Assembly (NCBI GenBank): GCA_902515965.1
Contig: CABXWS010000001.1
Location: 1-32,525, forward strand
Direction: 5' to 3'
Length of the DNA: 32,525 nucleotides
Source of the DNA: an uncultured Pelagibacteraceae bacterium
GTDB lineage: Bacteria > Pseudomonadota > Alphaproteobacteria > Pelagibacterales > Pelagibacteraceae
The notes under the pieces were generated by a model, which had not been told where the DNA came from, did not search any database, and saw only the letters and a list, made by a program, of their open reading frames with translations. Shown one piece after another: positions 21,159 to 30,406 of this stretch; position 1 is the stretch's first letter, and each line of letters starts with the position of its first letter. Position numbers and translations under genes: made by a program.

Positions 21159-22876
21159 TGCGGAAATTTAATAAAAGAAAACTACCAAGTAGATACACAA
21201 CTTTAGGTGCTGATAGAGCTCCTCAAAGATCATTTTATTATGCAATGGATTTAACGGAAAAAGACGTTGCAAAACCTTTTGTGGGAGTTGTTTCAACTTG
21301 GAACGAAGCTGCACCTTGTAATATTAATTTAATGAAACAGGCTCAATTTGTTAAACAAGGTGTTAATGCTTCTGGGGGTACTCCAAGAGAATTTTGTACA
21401 ATAACTGTTACCGATGGTATAGCCATGGGTCATGAAGGAATGAAATCTTCATTGATTTCAAGAGATGTAATTGCAGATTCAACGGAGTTAACAGTTAGAG
21501 GACATTGCTACGATGCTTTAGTTGGTTTAGCTGGCTGTGATAAATCTTTACCAGGACTAATGATGTCTATGGTGAGATTAAATATTCCAAGCGTATTTAT
21601 TTATGGAGGCTCAATACTTCCCGGTAGATTTGAAGGTAAGGATGTAACTGTTGTTGATGTTTTTGAAGGTGTTGGAAAATACACATCCAAAAAAATGACA
21701 GCTCATGCACTTAGAAAATTAGAATTAAAAGCTTGTCCAAGTGCAGGTGCTTGTGGTGGACAATTCACAGCAAACACAATGGCATGTGTTTCAGAAGCAA
21801 TCGGATTAGCTTTACCTTACTCAGCAGGAACTCCCGCTCCTTACAAACAGAGACATAAGTATGCTATTAATAGTGGCAAAGCTGTAATGGAGCTTTTAGC
21901 AAAAAATATTAGACCAAGAGATATTGTCACTAGAAAAGCATTAGAAAATGCTGCAACCATAGTAGCTGCTACTGGTGGATCTACTAATGCAGGTTTACAC
22001 TTACCAGCTATAGCAAATGAAATTGGAATAAAATTTGATTTAATGGATGTTGCAAAAATTTTTAAAAGAACGCCTTATCTTGCAGACTTAAAACCTGGTG
22101 GTAAATATGTTGCAAAAGATATGTGGGAAGCTGGTGGTGTACCAATGTTATTAAAAACTCTTTACGATGGTGGATATATACATGGTGATTGTATGACTGT
22201 TACGGGTAAGACAATGAAAGAGAATTTAAAAAATGTAAAATTTAATCCAAAACAAAAAGTTATGAGAAGTTATAAAAATCCAATTACCAAAACAGGTGGA
22301 GTTGTAGGATTAAAAGGTAATTTAGCTCCAGAGGGCGGAATTGTTAAAATTGCAGGTTTGAAAAAATTACAATTTACTGGAAGAGCAAGATGTTTTGACT
22401 CTGAAGAAAAAGCTTACAAAGCTGTTAAAGAAAGAAAATACAAAGACGGCGATATTATTATTATTAGATACGAAGGTCCAAAAGGTGGTCCGGGAATGAG
22501 AGAAATGTTGCAGACTACAGCTGCAATTTACGGCCAAGGAAAAGGGGAGAAAGTAGCCCTTATTACGGACGGTAGGTTCTCTGGGGCTACCAGAGGCTTC
22601 TGCATTGGTCATGTGGGTCCTGAGGCTTCTATAGGCGGTCCAATAGCCCTTTTAAAGAACGGAGACATAATTGATATAGATGCAAAAAAGGGAACTATTA
22701 ACGTTAGATTAAGTAAAAAAGAGCTAAGTTTGAGAAAAAAGAAATGGAAACAAAGAAAAATGAACTTTGGAAACGGAACTCTTTGGAAGTATGCTCAAAC
22801 CGTAGGACCAGCTTATTTAGGTGCACCTACACATCCAGGTGGTAAAAATGAGGTTAAAACATACGCTGATATTTGA
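21158..22876 (+). CDS. ilvD: Dihydroxy-acid dehydratase
   Basis: [43 protein letters not shown] and TDGRFSG motifs. Confidence 0.97.
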   Translation: MRKFNKRKLPSRYTTLGADRAPQRSFYYAMDLTEKDVAKPFVGVVSTWNEAAPCNINLMKQAQFVKQGVNASGGTPREFCTITVTDGIAMGHEGMKSSLISRDVIADSTELTVRGHCYDALVGLAGCDKSLPGLMMSMVRLNIPSVFIYGGSILPGRFEGKDVTVVDVFEGVGKYTSKKMTAHALRKLELKACPSAGACGGQFTANTMACVSEAIGLALPYSAGTPAPYKQRHKYAINSGKAVMELLAKNIRPRDIVTRKALENAATIVAATGGSTNAGLHLPAIANEIGIKFDLMDVAKIFKRTPYLADLKPGGKYVAKDMWEAGGVPMLLKTLYDGGYIHGDCMTVTGKTMKENLKNVKFNPKQKVMRSYKNPITKTGGVVGLKGNLAPEGGIVKIAGLKKLQFTGRARCFDSEEKAYKAVKERKYKDGDIIIIRYEGPKGGPGMREMLQTTAAIYGQGKGEKVALITDGRFSGATRGFCIGHVGPEASIGGPIALLKNGDIIDIDAKKGTINVRLSKKELSLRKKKWKQRKMNFGNGTLWKYAQTVGPAYLGAPTHPGGKNEVKTYADI

Positions 22877-24078
22877 TGAAAATTAGACCTGTAATACTTT
22901 GTGGTGGTGCAGGAACACGACTTTGGCCCAATCAAGAAAATACTCAAGCAAAACAATTTATTAATTTTGGAAACTGGACTTTGTTACAAAAAGCATTTGA
23001 AAGAATTAATAATAACTCTTACGATTTTCCAATTATCAGTACAAATCTAAAGTATTTAAAGGATGTTAAGAAAACATTAAAACAATCTAAAATTAAAAAA
23101 TATAAAATAATATTAGAGCCAGCTAAAAAAAATACAGCGCCAGCAATTTTAGTGAGTGCTTTAATTAAAGAAATTACATTTGATCAACCAATAATGTTTT
23201 TTACTTCAGATCATTTGATAGAAAATTCAAGTGTATTAACGAGATCTTTAAAAAGTAATAAAAAAAACTTGAGTGATAATAATATTTTTATTTTTGGACT
23301 AAAACCGAATAGACCTGCATCTGAATATGGATATCTTCAAACAAAAAGTATAAAAAAAATAAATAAAGTTACTAAATTTATTGAAAAACCAACAGAGCAA
23401 AAAGCCAAAAAGATAATCAAATCCGGAGGCTATTGGAATTCTGGTATGTTTTACTTAAAAAAATCATCAATAATTAATAACTTTAAAAAATATCAACCTG
23501 GTATTTATAAAGCATGTCTAAAATCTTTAGAAAAATCAAAGATTAGAAATAATACATATTTTTTAAATAAAAAATTCTTTGATAAATGTAAGGAAATTTC
23601 TTTTGATTATGCAATTCTTGAAAAGTCAAAGAATATAAATGCAATAAAACTTAATATTCCATGGTCAGATCTTGGTAATTGGTTTGAAATATCAAAAATA
23701 TATAAAAAAAATAAAAATAAATACTTTAAGAAAAAAAACGTATTTTATAGACCCTGGGGCAGGTATACCAACCTATATGAAGGTAAAAACTTTTTAGTAA
23801 AGGAATTGGTAGTTAATTCTAAATCTAAATTAAGCTTACAAAAACATTTTCATCGATCTGAATATTGGACTATTACTGAGGGAAAACCTTTAATTACATT
23901 AAACAAGAAAAATTTCTTTAAAAAACCAGGTGAAAAAATATTCATCCCAAGAGAAGCAATTCATCGAATAGAAAATAAATTTAAGAAAAAAGTAAAAATT
24001 ATTGAAATACAAACTGGACCTATTTTAAAAGAGACAGATATAGTTAGATATCAAGATATTTACGGTAGAATTAATTAA
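22876..24078 (+). CDS. manC: Mannose-1-phosphate guanylyltransferase / mannose-6-phosphate isomerase (type II), compact form
   Basis: ILCGGAGTRLWP, EPAKKNTAPA, FIEKP, WNSGMF, SFDYAILEK, WSDLG, and cupin RPWG / LSLQKHFHRSE. ATG 22876 overlaps the ilvD TGA. Confidence 0.88.
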   Translation: MKIRPVILCGGAGTRLWPNQENTQAKQFINFGNWTLLQKAFERINNNSYDFPIISTNLKYLKDVKKTLKQSKIKKYKIILEPAKKNTAPAILVSALIKEITFDQPIMFFTSDHLIENSSVLTRSLKSNKKNLSDNNIFIFGLKPNRPASEYGYLQTKSIKKINKVTKFIEKPTEQKAKKIIKSGGYWNSGMFYLKKSSIINNFKKYQPGIYKACLKSLEKSKIRNNTYFLNKKFFDKCKEISFDYAILEKSKNINAIKLNIPWSDLGNWFEISKIYKKNKNKYFKKKNVFYRPWGRYTNLYEGKNFLVKELVVNSKSKLSLQKHFHRSEYWTITEGKPLITLNKKNFFKKPGEKIFIPREAIHRIENKFKKKVKIIEIQTGPILKETDIVRYQDIYGRIN

Positions 24079-24086
24079 TACTCTTT

Positions 24087-24926
24087 ATGGATACATTGGT
24101 ATTTTCTGTCGTTTTATTGGCAGCACTACTCCATGCCACTTGGAATGGCATGGTTAAAAAACACTCTGATAAAGCAGTTGCTTTGGCTGGTATAATTTTA
24201 GGTCATATACCTTTTTCAATTGTTGCAATCATCTTATTACCGGCACCTTCAATAGAAAGTATACCTTATATCTTCGCAAGTATTGTTGTTCATATTGGTT
24301 ATCAATGGTTCTTACTTAAATCATATGAAATAGGAGATTTGACAAAAGTCTACCCTATAGCAAGAGGGACAGGGCCACTATTGGTAACTGTAGTTTCAAT
24401 TTTATTGTTAGGAGTAGTGTTAAATAAATTTATACTGATCTCTATTTTCTTAATATGTTTTGGAATTTTTTTTCTTGGTATTTCTGATTATAAAAACAGT
24501 AGCTTAAATGTAATTAAATTTTCTTTTACTACAGGTTTGTTTATTGGCTCATACTCACTTATAGATGGATATGGAGCAAGAGTGAGTAATTCTGCAATAT
24601 CTTTTGTAAGCTGGTCTTTCATATTAAACGCTATGATTTTCCCATTTATTCTTGGTTTAAGAGGTCAAAAGGATATTATTAAAAGAGTTTATAGAGACGG
24701 TAAAATGATATTTTTTTACGGTGTAACATTATCTTATGCTAGTTATGCCTTGGCTGTGTGGGCATTTACAAAAGCTCCAATACCTATTGTTACATCCTTA
24801 AGAGAAACAAGTATTTTATTATCAATATTTATTGGATATTTTTTATTAAATGAAAAAATCACACCAGCCAAGATAATTTCTATTTTGTTTATCCTAGCAG
24901 GTGCGATCGGCTTAAAATTAGTTTAA
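24087..24926 (+). CDS. EamA/DMT-family transporter
   Basis: About 10 TM helices; AALLHATWN, YPIARGTGP, LRETS and LNEK motifs. Confidence 0.88.
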   Translation: MDTLVFSVVLLAALLHATWNGMVKKHSDKAVALAGIILGHIPFSIVAIILLPAPSIESIPYIFASIVVHIGYQWFLLKSYEIGDLTKVYPIARGTGPLLVTVVSILLLGVVLNKFILISIFLICFGIFFLGISDYKNSSLNVIKFSFTTGLFIGSYSLIDGYGARVSNSAISFVSWSFILNAMIFPFILGLRGQKDIIKRVYRDGKMIFFYGVTLSYASYALAVWAFTKAPIPIVTSLRETSILLSIFIGYFLLNEKITPAKIISILFILAGAIGLKLV

Positions 24927-25888
24927 AACCAATTATTTGGAATAATTATATAATGAATTCCTAGAACTATTCCAACTGATACACTAAGTCCAAATATCAT
25001 TTTTAAGAAATCTTTTCCTATTAAAGGGAAAACATATCCAAATTTATATTCTTTATTCATAGTAGCAATTGCTAATTCTCGACCACATAATAATCCAACA
25101 AAAACCCATGTCGTAGACATAGGTAAATCGTTCAGTTCTTTAAAGTAGAATAAGACACCAGCATATATTACGTTAATAATTGTCGCTGATCTTGCATATC
25201 TAGTTCCTGTTTTTTCAAGAACAACTTTTTGAATTGGTCCACCTTGAATGTAGAAAATATAGAATAATAGTGCTGTAAAGTAACCCATTACTATTAAAAG
25301 CAATGTTAAATCTAATTGTCTAGGTAGATACACAGCAATATTAGCCACATCGTGAGATAACCATACCCACCATAACCAACCAGAAGAAATCCAAACACTA
25401 TTTCTCCAAAAGCCTCTCCATTTATCATCTACTTCATCAAATTTTTCATTAATGAATTTAGAAACACCTATCCAGGCAATATAAGCAGCCATTGCTGCTA
25501 AACCATAGCCAACGACGCTTTTCATAAGCATTTTTTCAAGCACGACTGTTGAGGCAAATGCTGAAAGAACTAAGAAAGTAGTTGATACCGGTATTCCAAT
25601 TCTTGTTAATAATAGTAATATTGCAGGCGCTACTGCGTGATACCATTGAATTTCTTGATAAGGTATTCTAGTTAATCTTCCATAAGAAATATCACCATCA
25701 TACGAATACCATCCCCATGCTAACGCTATAATCATAACAGCTGATGCAGATCCAGCTAGAGTATACCATTTAAACCACTTCTTTTTTGAAGCTATAAATG
25801 TCCCAAGTGTTTGAATTGAGTCGTTAGCGATAACGCTATAACCGGCAAGGGCAAACCCTATAACCGTATAAATTAAAGTCATATCCAT
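24923..25888 (-). CDS. Polytopic membrane protein, divergent PiT (inorganic phosphate/anion transporter)-like
   Basis: Twofold repeat of PiT-like motifs: IANDSIQTLGT...GIPVSTT and SHDVANIA...LPMSTT. Strong AAGGAG RBS. Confidence 0.65.
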   Translation of the reverse strand: MDMTLIYTVIGFALAGYSVIANDSIQTLGTFIASKKKWFKWYTLAGSASAVMIIALAWGWYSYDGDISYGRLTRIPYQEIQWYHAVAPAILLLLTRIGIPVSTTFLVLSAFASTVVLEKMLMKSVVGYGLAAMAAYIAWIGVSKFINEKFDEVDDKWRGFWRNSVWISSGWLWWVWLSHDVANIAVYLPRQLDLTLLLIVMGYFTALLFYIFYIQGGPIQKVVLEKTGTRYARSATIINVIYAGVLFYFKELNDLPMSTTWVFVGLLCGRELAIATMNKEYKFGYVFPLIGKDFLKMIFGLSVSVGIVLGIHYIIIPNNWF

Positions 25889-25994
25889 TTTTATCTCCTT
25901 TATATTATTGTTTTCGGTTCCATCGATTCATGACTTGATAGCTTTTTATATGTTGAGTGATTTAAATCTATTAGTAAATTTTTTTATTTCAGAA

Positions 25995-26050
25995 TTATAA
26001 GGTGGATTGATCTATCATTATAGTATCAATGATTGATGTCCATACTATAA
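25995..26050 (-). promoter_or_regulatory. Nested inverted repeats with a perfect -10 hexamer upstream of the PiT-like gene
   Basis: Minus-strand TATAAT at 26022-26017; dyad ATCAAT-G-ATTGAT at 26025-26037; 9-bp inverted repeat TTATAGTAT (26018-26026)/ATACTATAA (26042-26050). Confidence 0.45.
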
Positions 26051-26157
26051 ATTTATTATTTTTAAATATAAATTGGGAATTTGTCTTAGTTATATAAAAT
26101 TATTTTAATGTCTACTAAAATTTTAATTTTATTTAATAATACATTAATAGGTTGTAT

Positions 26158-26811
26158 TCATCTTATTATTTTTTTAATTATATATATTGCGAGTATTAAT
26201 CCTATAGCTTCAGCAAGGATATAATTTGGAGTACTCTGATAATTAATTCCAGTAAAGGAGTCAGTGAAAGTACGTGCTATAGATACTGCTGGATTCGCAA
26301 ATGAAGTTGATGAAGTAAACCAATAACCAGCAGAAATGAATGTCGATACACTGATAGCAGTTATAATTTTTCCATCTTTTAAAGTGGCAAAAATAACAAA
26401 AATTAGACCAAAAGTTGCTATTATCTCAGATATAAAGATATTAATTCCATCTCTACTTTTTGTTGATAATTCAATAAATTCATGCTCAAAAAAAATATTG
26501 GCTAGCATCACACCCACCATACACCCAATTATTTGAGCAGATATATAGGTTATTAAAACATTACTCTTAATTTTTTTATTAAAAAACATTGCAAGTGTTA
26601 CAAATGGATTAAAGTGAGCCCCTGAAATATCAGCAAGACTAATAATAAGAACAAATAATCCTGCTCCAGTAGCTATAGTATTTGCTAAAAGTCTTACCGC
26701 ATTGTCATCTGTAAGATTCTCAGCCATTATCCCAGATCCAACAATAATCATTACTAGAAAACAGCTGCCTAAAAATTCACCAATAAATAAAATATTTTTA
26801 TTTTTGATCAT
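26158..26811 (-). CDS. MIP/aquaporin-family channel, AqpS-like (putative arsenite channel)
   Basis: VGSGIMAENL, SGAHFNPF and YWFTSSTSFANPAV...TFTDSFTGI; overlaps arsC by 14 nt. Confidence 0.88.
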   Translation of the reverse strand: MIKNKNILFIGEFLGSCFLVMIIVGSGIMAENLTDDNAVRLLANTIATGAGLFVLIISLADISGAHFNPFVTLAMFFNKKIKSNVLITYISAQIIGCMVGVMLANIFFEHEFIELSTKSRDGINIFISEIIATFGLIFVIFATLKDGKIITAISVSTFISAGYWFTSSTSFANPAVSIARTFTDSFTGINYQSTPNYILAEAIGLILAIYIIKKIIR

Positions 26812-27232
26812 TAATCCAATTTTCTATTTTCTCATTTATTAAAACAAACGTATCATTTATAATTTTATATAATTTTGAATCTTCACAATTCTTAAATTTA
26901 CTTACAGGATCTTCAATATCCCAATGAACAATTTGATCATTTTTAGGCCATATAGGGCAAACTTCTTTATTTGCGCTATTACAAACAGTAATAACATGAT
27001 CAATATTAATATCTTTTTCGATAAATACTTTAAAACTTTTTGATTCATAATTTGTAAGGTTATAATTTTTATGATTTTCTAAAAATAATTTAATATTTTT
27101 ATTTATTTCTCCAGTTGGTTTGCTACCAGCGCTGAAAGCTTTATATTTATTAAAATACACGTTATTTATTATACTTTCAGCAATAATACTTCTTGCTGAA
27201 TTTCCAGTACAAACAAACAAAATATTTTTCAT
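26798..27232 (-). CDS. arsC: Arsenate reductase, LMW-PTP/thioredoxin-coupled type
   Basis: P-loop CTGNSARS (CX5R), SAGS-P, resolving Cys pair TVCNSANKEVCPIWP, and HW-IEDP. Confidence 0.88.
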   Translation of the reverse strand: MKNILFVCTGNSARSIIAESIINNVYFNKYKAFSAGSKPTGEINKNIKLFLENHKNYNLTNYESKSFKVFIEKDINIDHVITVCNSANKEVCPIWPKNDQIVHWDIEDPVSKFKNCEDSKLYKIINDTFVLINEKIENWINDQK

Positions 27233-27453
27233 TAAAAGATAACTTTATATATTCCGACAATAAATAATGGAATTTGTAATCCAAAATTTGTTAAAATCGC
27301 CTTATCTTTTGAGATGAAACCTGCAATCGTCCAACCGACTACACCAAGACCGTGAAAATATATATTAATCGGATATATATTTAAATTTGTAAGCAATATT
27401 CCTGTTAAAACAAGAAAAGTGCTTATCCATTTAAGATACTTTTTTATAAACAT
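27232..27453 (-). CDS. Small membrane protein of unknown function (73 aa, about 3 hydrophobic segments)
   Basis: Strong GGAGG RBS; TAATG coupling to arsC; hydrophobic composition. Confidence 0.8.
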   Translation of the reverse strand: MFIKKYLKWISTFLVLTGILLTNLNIYPINIYFHGLGVVGWTIAGFISKDKAILTNFGLQIPLFIVGIYKVIF

Positions 27454-27513
27454 AAAACCTCCTTTATTTTTTCTTATGACAATTTTCTTTCTGATTAAAT
27501 AAATATACTAATT

Positions 27514-27852
27514 TTATAGGAAATTAACTATGTATCTATGAATAAAATATCCTCCAATTAGGAATATTAAACCTGCAATATAAATTATGAAAAAATTCAT
27601 ATTAAAAGATTTTGCAAAAAAGAAGGGTACAAAGAATAAATAACTTGCTGGTACTGCAATAAATATACTTTTTGTAAACATTACTGTTTTTTCTGTATCA
27701 TTATGCTCATAATAGGAAAACAGTATTGCTATTAGTGATACCAAGGGTAATGCAATAATAAATCCAGCGAGCTTAGGATTTTGACCAGCCAACCAACTTG
27801 AAAAAGCAACAATTAAACCTGCTGCAACAACTTTAAAAATAAAAAATAACAT
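27514..27852 (-). CDS. Four-TM membrane protein resembling DUF3147/GlpM-like proteins
   Basis: K-x-x-x-AG-x-IV...P-x-LAG-x-I-x-ALPLVS pattern and four hydrophobic helices; family assignment from memory of the pattern. Confidence 0.6.
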   Translation of the reverse strand: MLFFIFKVVAAGLIVAFSSWLAGQNPKLAGFIIALPLVSLIAILFSYYEHNDTEKTVMFTKSIFIAVPASYLFFVPFFFAKSFNMNFFIIYIAGLIFLIGGYFIHRYIVNFL

Positions 27853-27858
27853 CTGTTT

Positions 27859-28398
27859 TTAGCTTGTTGCAAATTCTTTAATTTTTTCAAAACTGAAATG
27901 ATCTGCTATATCTTTCTTGGCGTAGTATACTTCATCAACTGTGCCTTGTTCGTTTATTAAAACATCTGTAACAGCTATATCAAAATGACCTTTGATTTTT
28001 AAAGGAATATATCCTTTTAACATTGCAGGTATTATTTTATGAGATTTAAATAGCATTGCAGATAATGTTTTCATCATTGATCTTTCAATTTCATATTTTT
28101 GAAAATATTTAAAATCTTCGTCAGCTAATACAGTAAAAGGTAAATTGTTATGTTTTTTCATATATGACCTTAAATTATCTACTGGTGAATGAAATATTGC
28201 AACATGTGTAAAATTATTTCCTAGCTCGTTAAATCTCTTATTAATTTCGTTTAATCTAAGATTACAAAAACTACATCCAGCTATTCTATAAAAAGTTAAA
28301 AGAACTTTCTTTCCATGTGTTTCTGACAGATTAAATTTAGACCCGTCATCTCTTGGAAGTGTAATTTCTTCTAATTTATCTCCTTTAGAGATTTTCAT
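27859..28398 (-). CDS. Redoxin / peroxiredoxin-like (AhpC-TSA family) thioredoxin-fold protein
   Basis: GDK...LP...G..FNLS, FYRIAGCSFCNLR (CxxC), LPFTVLAD and LINEQG; ATGA overlap with zur. Confidence 0.85.
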   Translation of the reverse strand: MKISKGDKLEEITLPRDDGSKFNLSETHGKKVLLTFYRIAGCSFCNLRLNEINKRFNELGNNFTHVAIFHSPVDNLRSYMKKHNNLPFTVLADEDFKYFQKYEIERSMMKTLSAMLFKSHKIIPAMLKGYIPLKIKGHFDIAVTDVLINEQGTVDEVYYAKKDIADHFSFEKIKEFATS

Positions 28399-28793
28399 TT
28401 AATAGAACATTTTTTACAAAGTCCAAAAAATTCAAGGTTATACTTTTTAAATTTCATTCCAGCTTTGTCTTGAAAACTTTTTAAATATTTTGATAATTTA
28501 TTATCACTTATTTCACTTACTTCTTCACAACTTTCACATATAGAAAAGGCAGTTGCTTTAGATAGTTGGCAACTTGAGTTTTTGCATGCAACGAAAGCAT
28601 TTCTACTTTCAATTTTATGAATTTTACCAATTTCAACTAACCGATCTAATGCTCTATAAACTTGAAGTGGTGCTTTTATACCTTTTTTTTGGACGTTATG
28701 AAGTATTGAATAAGCTTTTGTGGGTTCATTAACTTTTTCTATATAATCAAGTATAATTTTTTGATTTTTTGATAGTGTTTCCTGTTTAAGCAT
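28395..28793 (-). CDS. zur: Zinc uptake regulator (Fur family)
   Basis: AYSIL...VYRALDRL...HKIESRNAFVAC, CESC and GLCKKC; located in the znu operon. Confidence 0.92.
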   Translation of the reverse strand: MLKQETLSKNQKIILDYIEKVNEPTKAYSILHNVQKKGIKAPLQVYRALDRLVEIGKIHKIESRNAFVACKNSSCQLSKATAFSICESCEEVSEISDNKLSKYLKSFQDKAGMKFKKYNLEFFGLCKKCSIK

Positions 28794-28817
28794 AGTTTTT
28801 CTTTTATCAATTTCCCA

Positions 28818-29621
28818 TTAATTTTTCAATTGAATGGTCTGTTTTATTTTAAATAATGAGATTATAAATAATAACAAAGCTGCTGCAATTATCGATGGAC
28901 CTGAAGGTGTGTTAAATTCTAAAGAAGAAAATAATCCAATTAATACTGATAATAGTCCGCCTAGAATAGAATATACAACCATTTTCCTTGGTGTATCAGA
29001 TAGATTTCTTGCCATTGCTGTTGGAATAATCAGCATTCCAGTTATTAACAAAAGCCCTACAATTTTTATGGAAATAGCAATTATTGCAGCCATTAAAATA
29101 GTAAATATTGCTTTTGCTCTATCAGGATTTAAACCTTCAGCTTCAGCTAATTCATAATTTACTGTGGATGCAAACAAAGGTTTCCAAATTAGTTTTAATA
29201 CAATGAGAATTATTACACCACCTCCCCATATGATTATCAAATCATCAACATTAACAGCTAATATGTCTCCAAATAGTAACCCCATAACATCAAATCTTAT
29301 AAATGATAGAAAACCAATTACGACTAAACCAACTGCTAAAGCAGAGTGAGCTAGAAGCCCAAGTAAAGCATCTCCAGGTAAATTAGTATTTTTTTCTAGT
29401 TTAACTAATATGATAGCTATTACAGATGAAATAATAAATATCGAAATTGCTATATTAATTTCAAAAGCCAGTGCCATTGTAACCCCAAGCAAAGCCGAAT
29501 GAGCTAATGTATCACCAAAATAAGACAATCTTCTCCAAACCACAAAGCAACCAAGTGGACCAGTTACAAAAGCAACTCCTATTCCTGCCACTAATGCTCT
29601 TATGAAAAAATCATCAAACAT
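28818..29621 (-). CDS. znuB: Zinc ABC transporter permease
   Basis: GPLGCFVVWRRLSYFGDTLAHSALLG, LFGDILAV and TPSGPSI. Confidence 0.95.
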   Translation of the reverse strand: MFDDFFIRALVAGIGVAFVTGPLGCFVVWRRLSYFGDTLAHSALLGVTMALAFEINIAISIFIISSVIAIILVKLEKNTNLPGDALLGLLAHSALAVGLVVIGFLSFIRFDVMGLLFGDILAVNVDDLIIIWGGGVIILIVLKLIWKPLFASTVNYELAEAEGLNPDRAKAIFTILMAAIIAISIKIVGLLLITGMLIIPTAMARNLSDTPRKMVVYSILGGLLSVLIGLFSSLEFNTPSGPSIIAAALLLFIISLFKIKQTIQLKN

Positions 29622-29622
29622 A

Positions 29623-30369
29623 TTAATTTTTTTTTATTTCTCCATCATCAGAATGTGTGTGGTCGTGTTTGTGTTCGTATATTGACAGAGTTTGTGATGC
29701 TTGCTCTCCAAATAAAACTTTATACTCGTTATTCATCGCAACATCTTTTGGAGTTCCTGAACAACAAACGTGTCCATTTAAACATAAAACAAAATCAGTA
29801 GCACTCATTACAGTATGCAAATCATGAGAAATTAATAAAATACCACAATTTAGCTTCTCTGATATTTCTTTTATCAATTTATAGAGCGCAATCTCTCCTG
29901 TAAAATCTACACCTTGAACAGGCTCGTCTAATACTAATAATTCAGGTTTTTTTGAAACAGCTCTTGCAAGCAAAACTCTTTGAAATTCTCCGCCTGATAA
30001 ATTTCCCAAACTTTTATTTTTAAGATGTTTTGCACCTGTTAGAGATAAAGCTTCATTTATTGCTTCATCACTTAAATTCTCAGTCAATACCATAAAGTCA
30101 TTTACTCTCAGTGGTAAAGTCCAATCAATAGATATTTTTTGAGGAACATATCCAATTTTATTTGTAAATTTTTCAACCTTACCCTCAATATTTTTGTGAA
30201 TTCCGATTGCAATTTTAGCTGTAGTACTTTTTCCAGATCCATTGGGACCAATTAAAGTAACTATTTGACCTTTCTTGACTGTTAAAGAAACACCTTTAAC
30301 AAGCCATTTATGATTTTGTAAAAGTCCTACGTTATTTAATTTTACTAGTATATTGTTTTCTTCACTCAT
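29623..30369 (-). CDS. znuC: Zinc ABC transporter ATP-binding protein
   Basis: GPNGSGKS, LSGGEFQR, LDEPVQGVD, CLNGHVCCSG and a His-rich tail. Confidence 0.95.
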   Translation of the reverse strand: MSEENNILVKLNNVGLLQNHKWLVKGVSLTVKKGQIVTLIGPNGSGKSTTAKIAIGIHKNIEGKVEKFTNKIGYVPQKISIDWTLPLRVNDFMVLTENLSDEAINEALSLTGAKHLKNKSLGNLSGGEFQRVLLARAVSKKPELLVLDEPVQGVDFTGEIALYKLIKEISEKLNCGILLISHDLHTVMSATDFVLCLNGHVCCSGTPKDVAMNNEYKVLFGEQASQTLSIYEHKHDHTHSDDGEIKKN

Positions 30370-30387
30370 TTTAGTCTTGACTATTTA

Positions 30388-30404
30388 ATGTTATATTATT
30401 ACAT
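30388..30404. promoter_or_regulatory. Zur box 1 (one mismatch)
   Basis: ATGTTATA-T-TATTACAT resembles the proteobacterial Zur dyad ATGTTATA-N-TATAACAT; a TTGACT -35-like hexamer lies at 30377-30382. Confidence 0.75.
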
Positions 30405-30406
30405 AG

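Noticed and set aside
25905-25931. Eight-codon upstream ORF (MNRWNRKQ) before the PiT-like gene
   Set aside because: No ribosome-binding site or associated attenuator; ORFs this short are expected by chance.
27475-27482. Pho-box-like half-site (minus strand TTGTCATA) upstream of the 73-aa gene and arsC
   Set aside because: No second half-site at 11-bp spacing.
594-29349. Short antisense ORFs in the track (e.g. 594-935, 6075-6317, 7088-7474, 9923-10183, 13915-14169, 16259-16531, 22367-22612, 28834-29157)
   Set aside because: They lie opposite well-supported genes, show no recognisable motifs, and are expected shadow ORFs.
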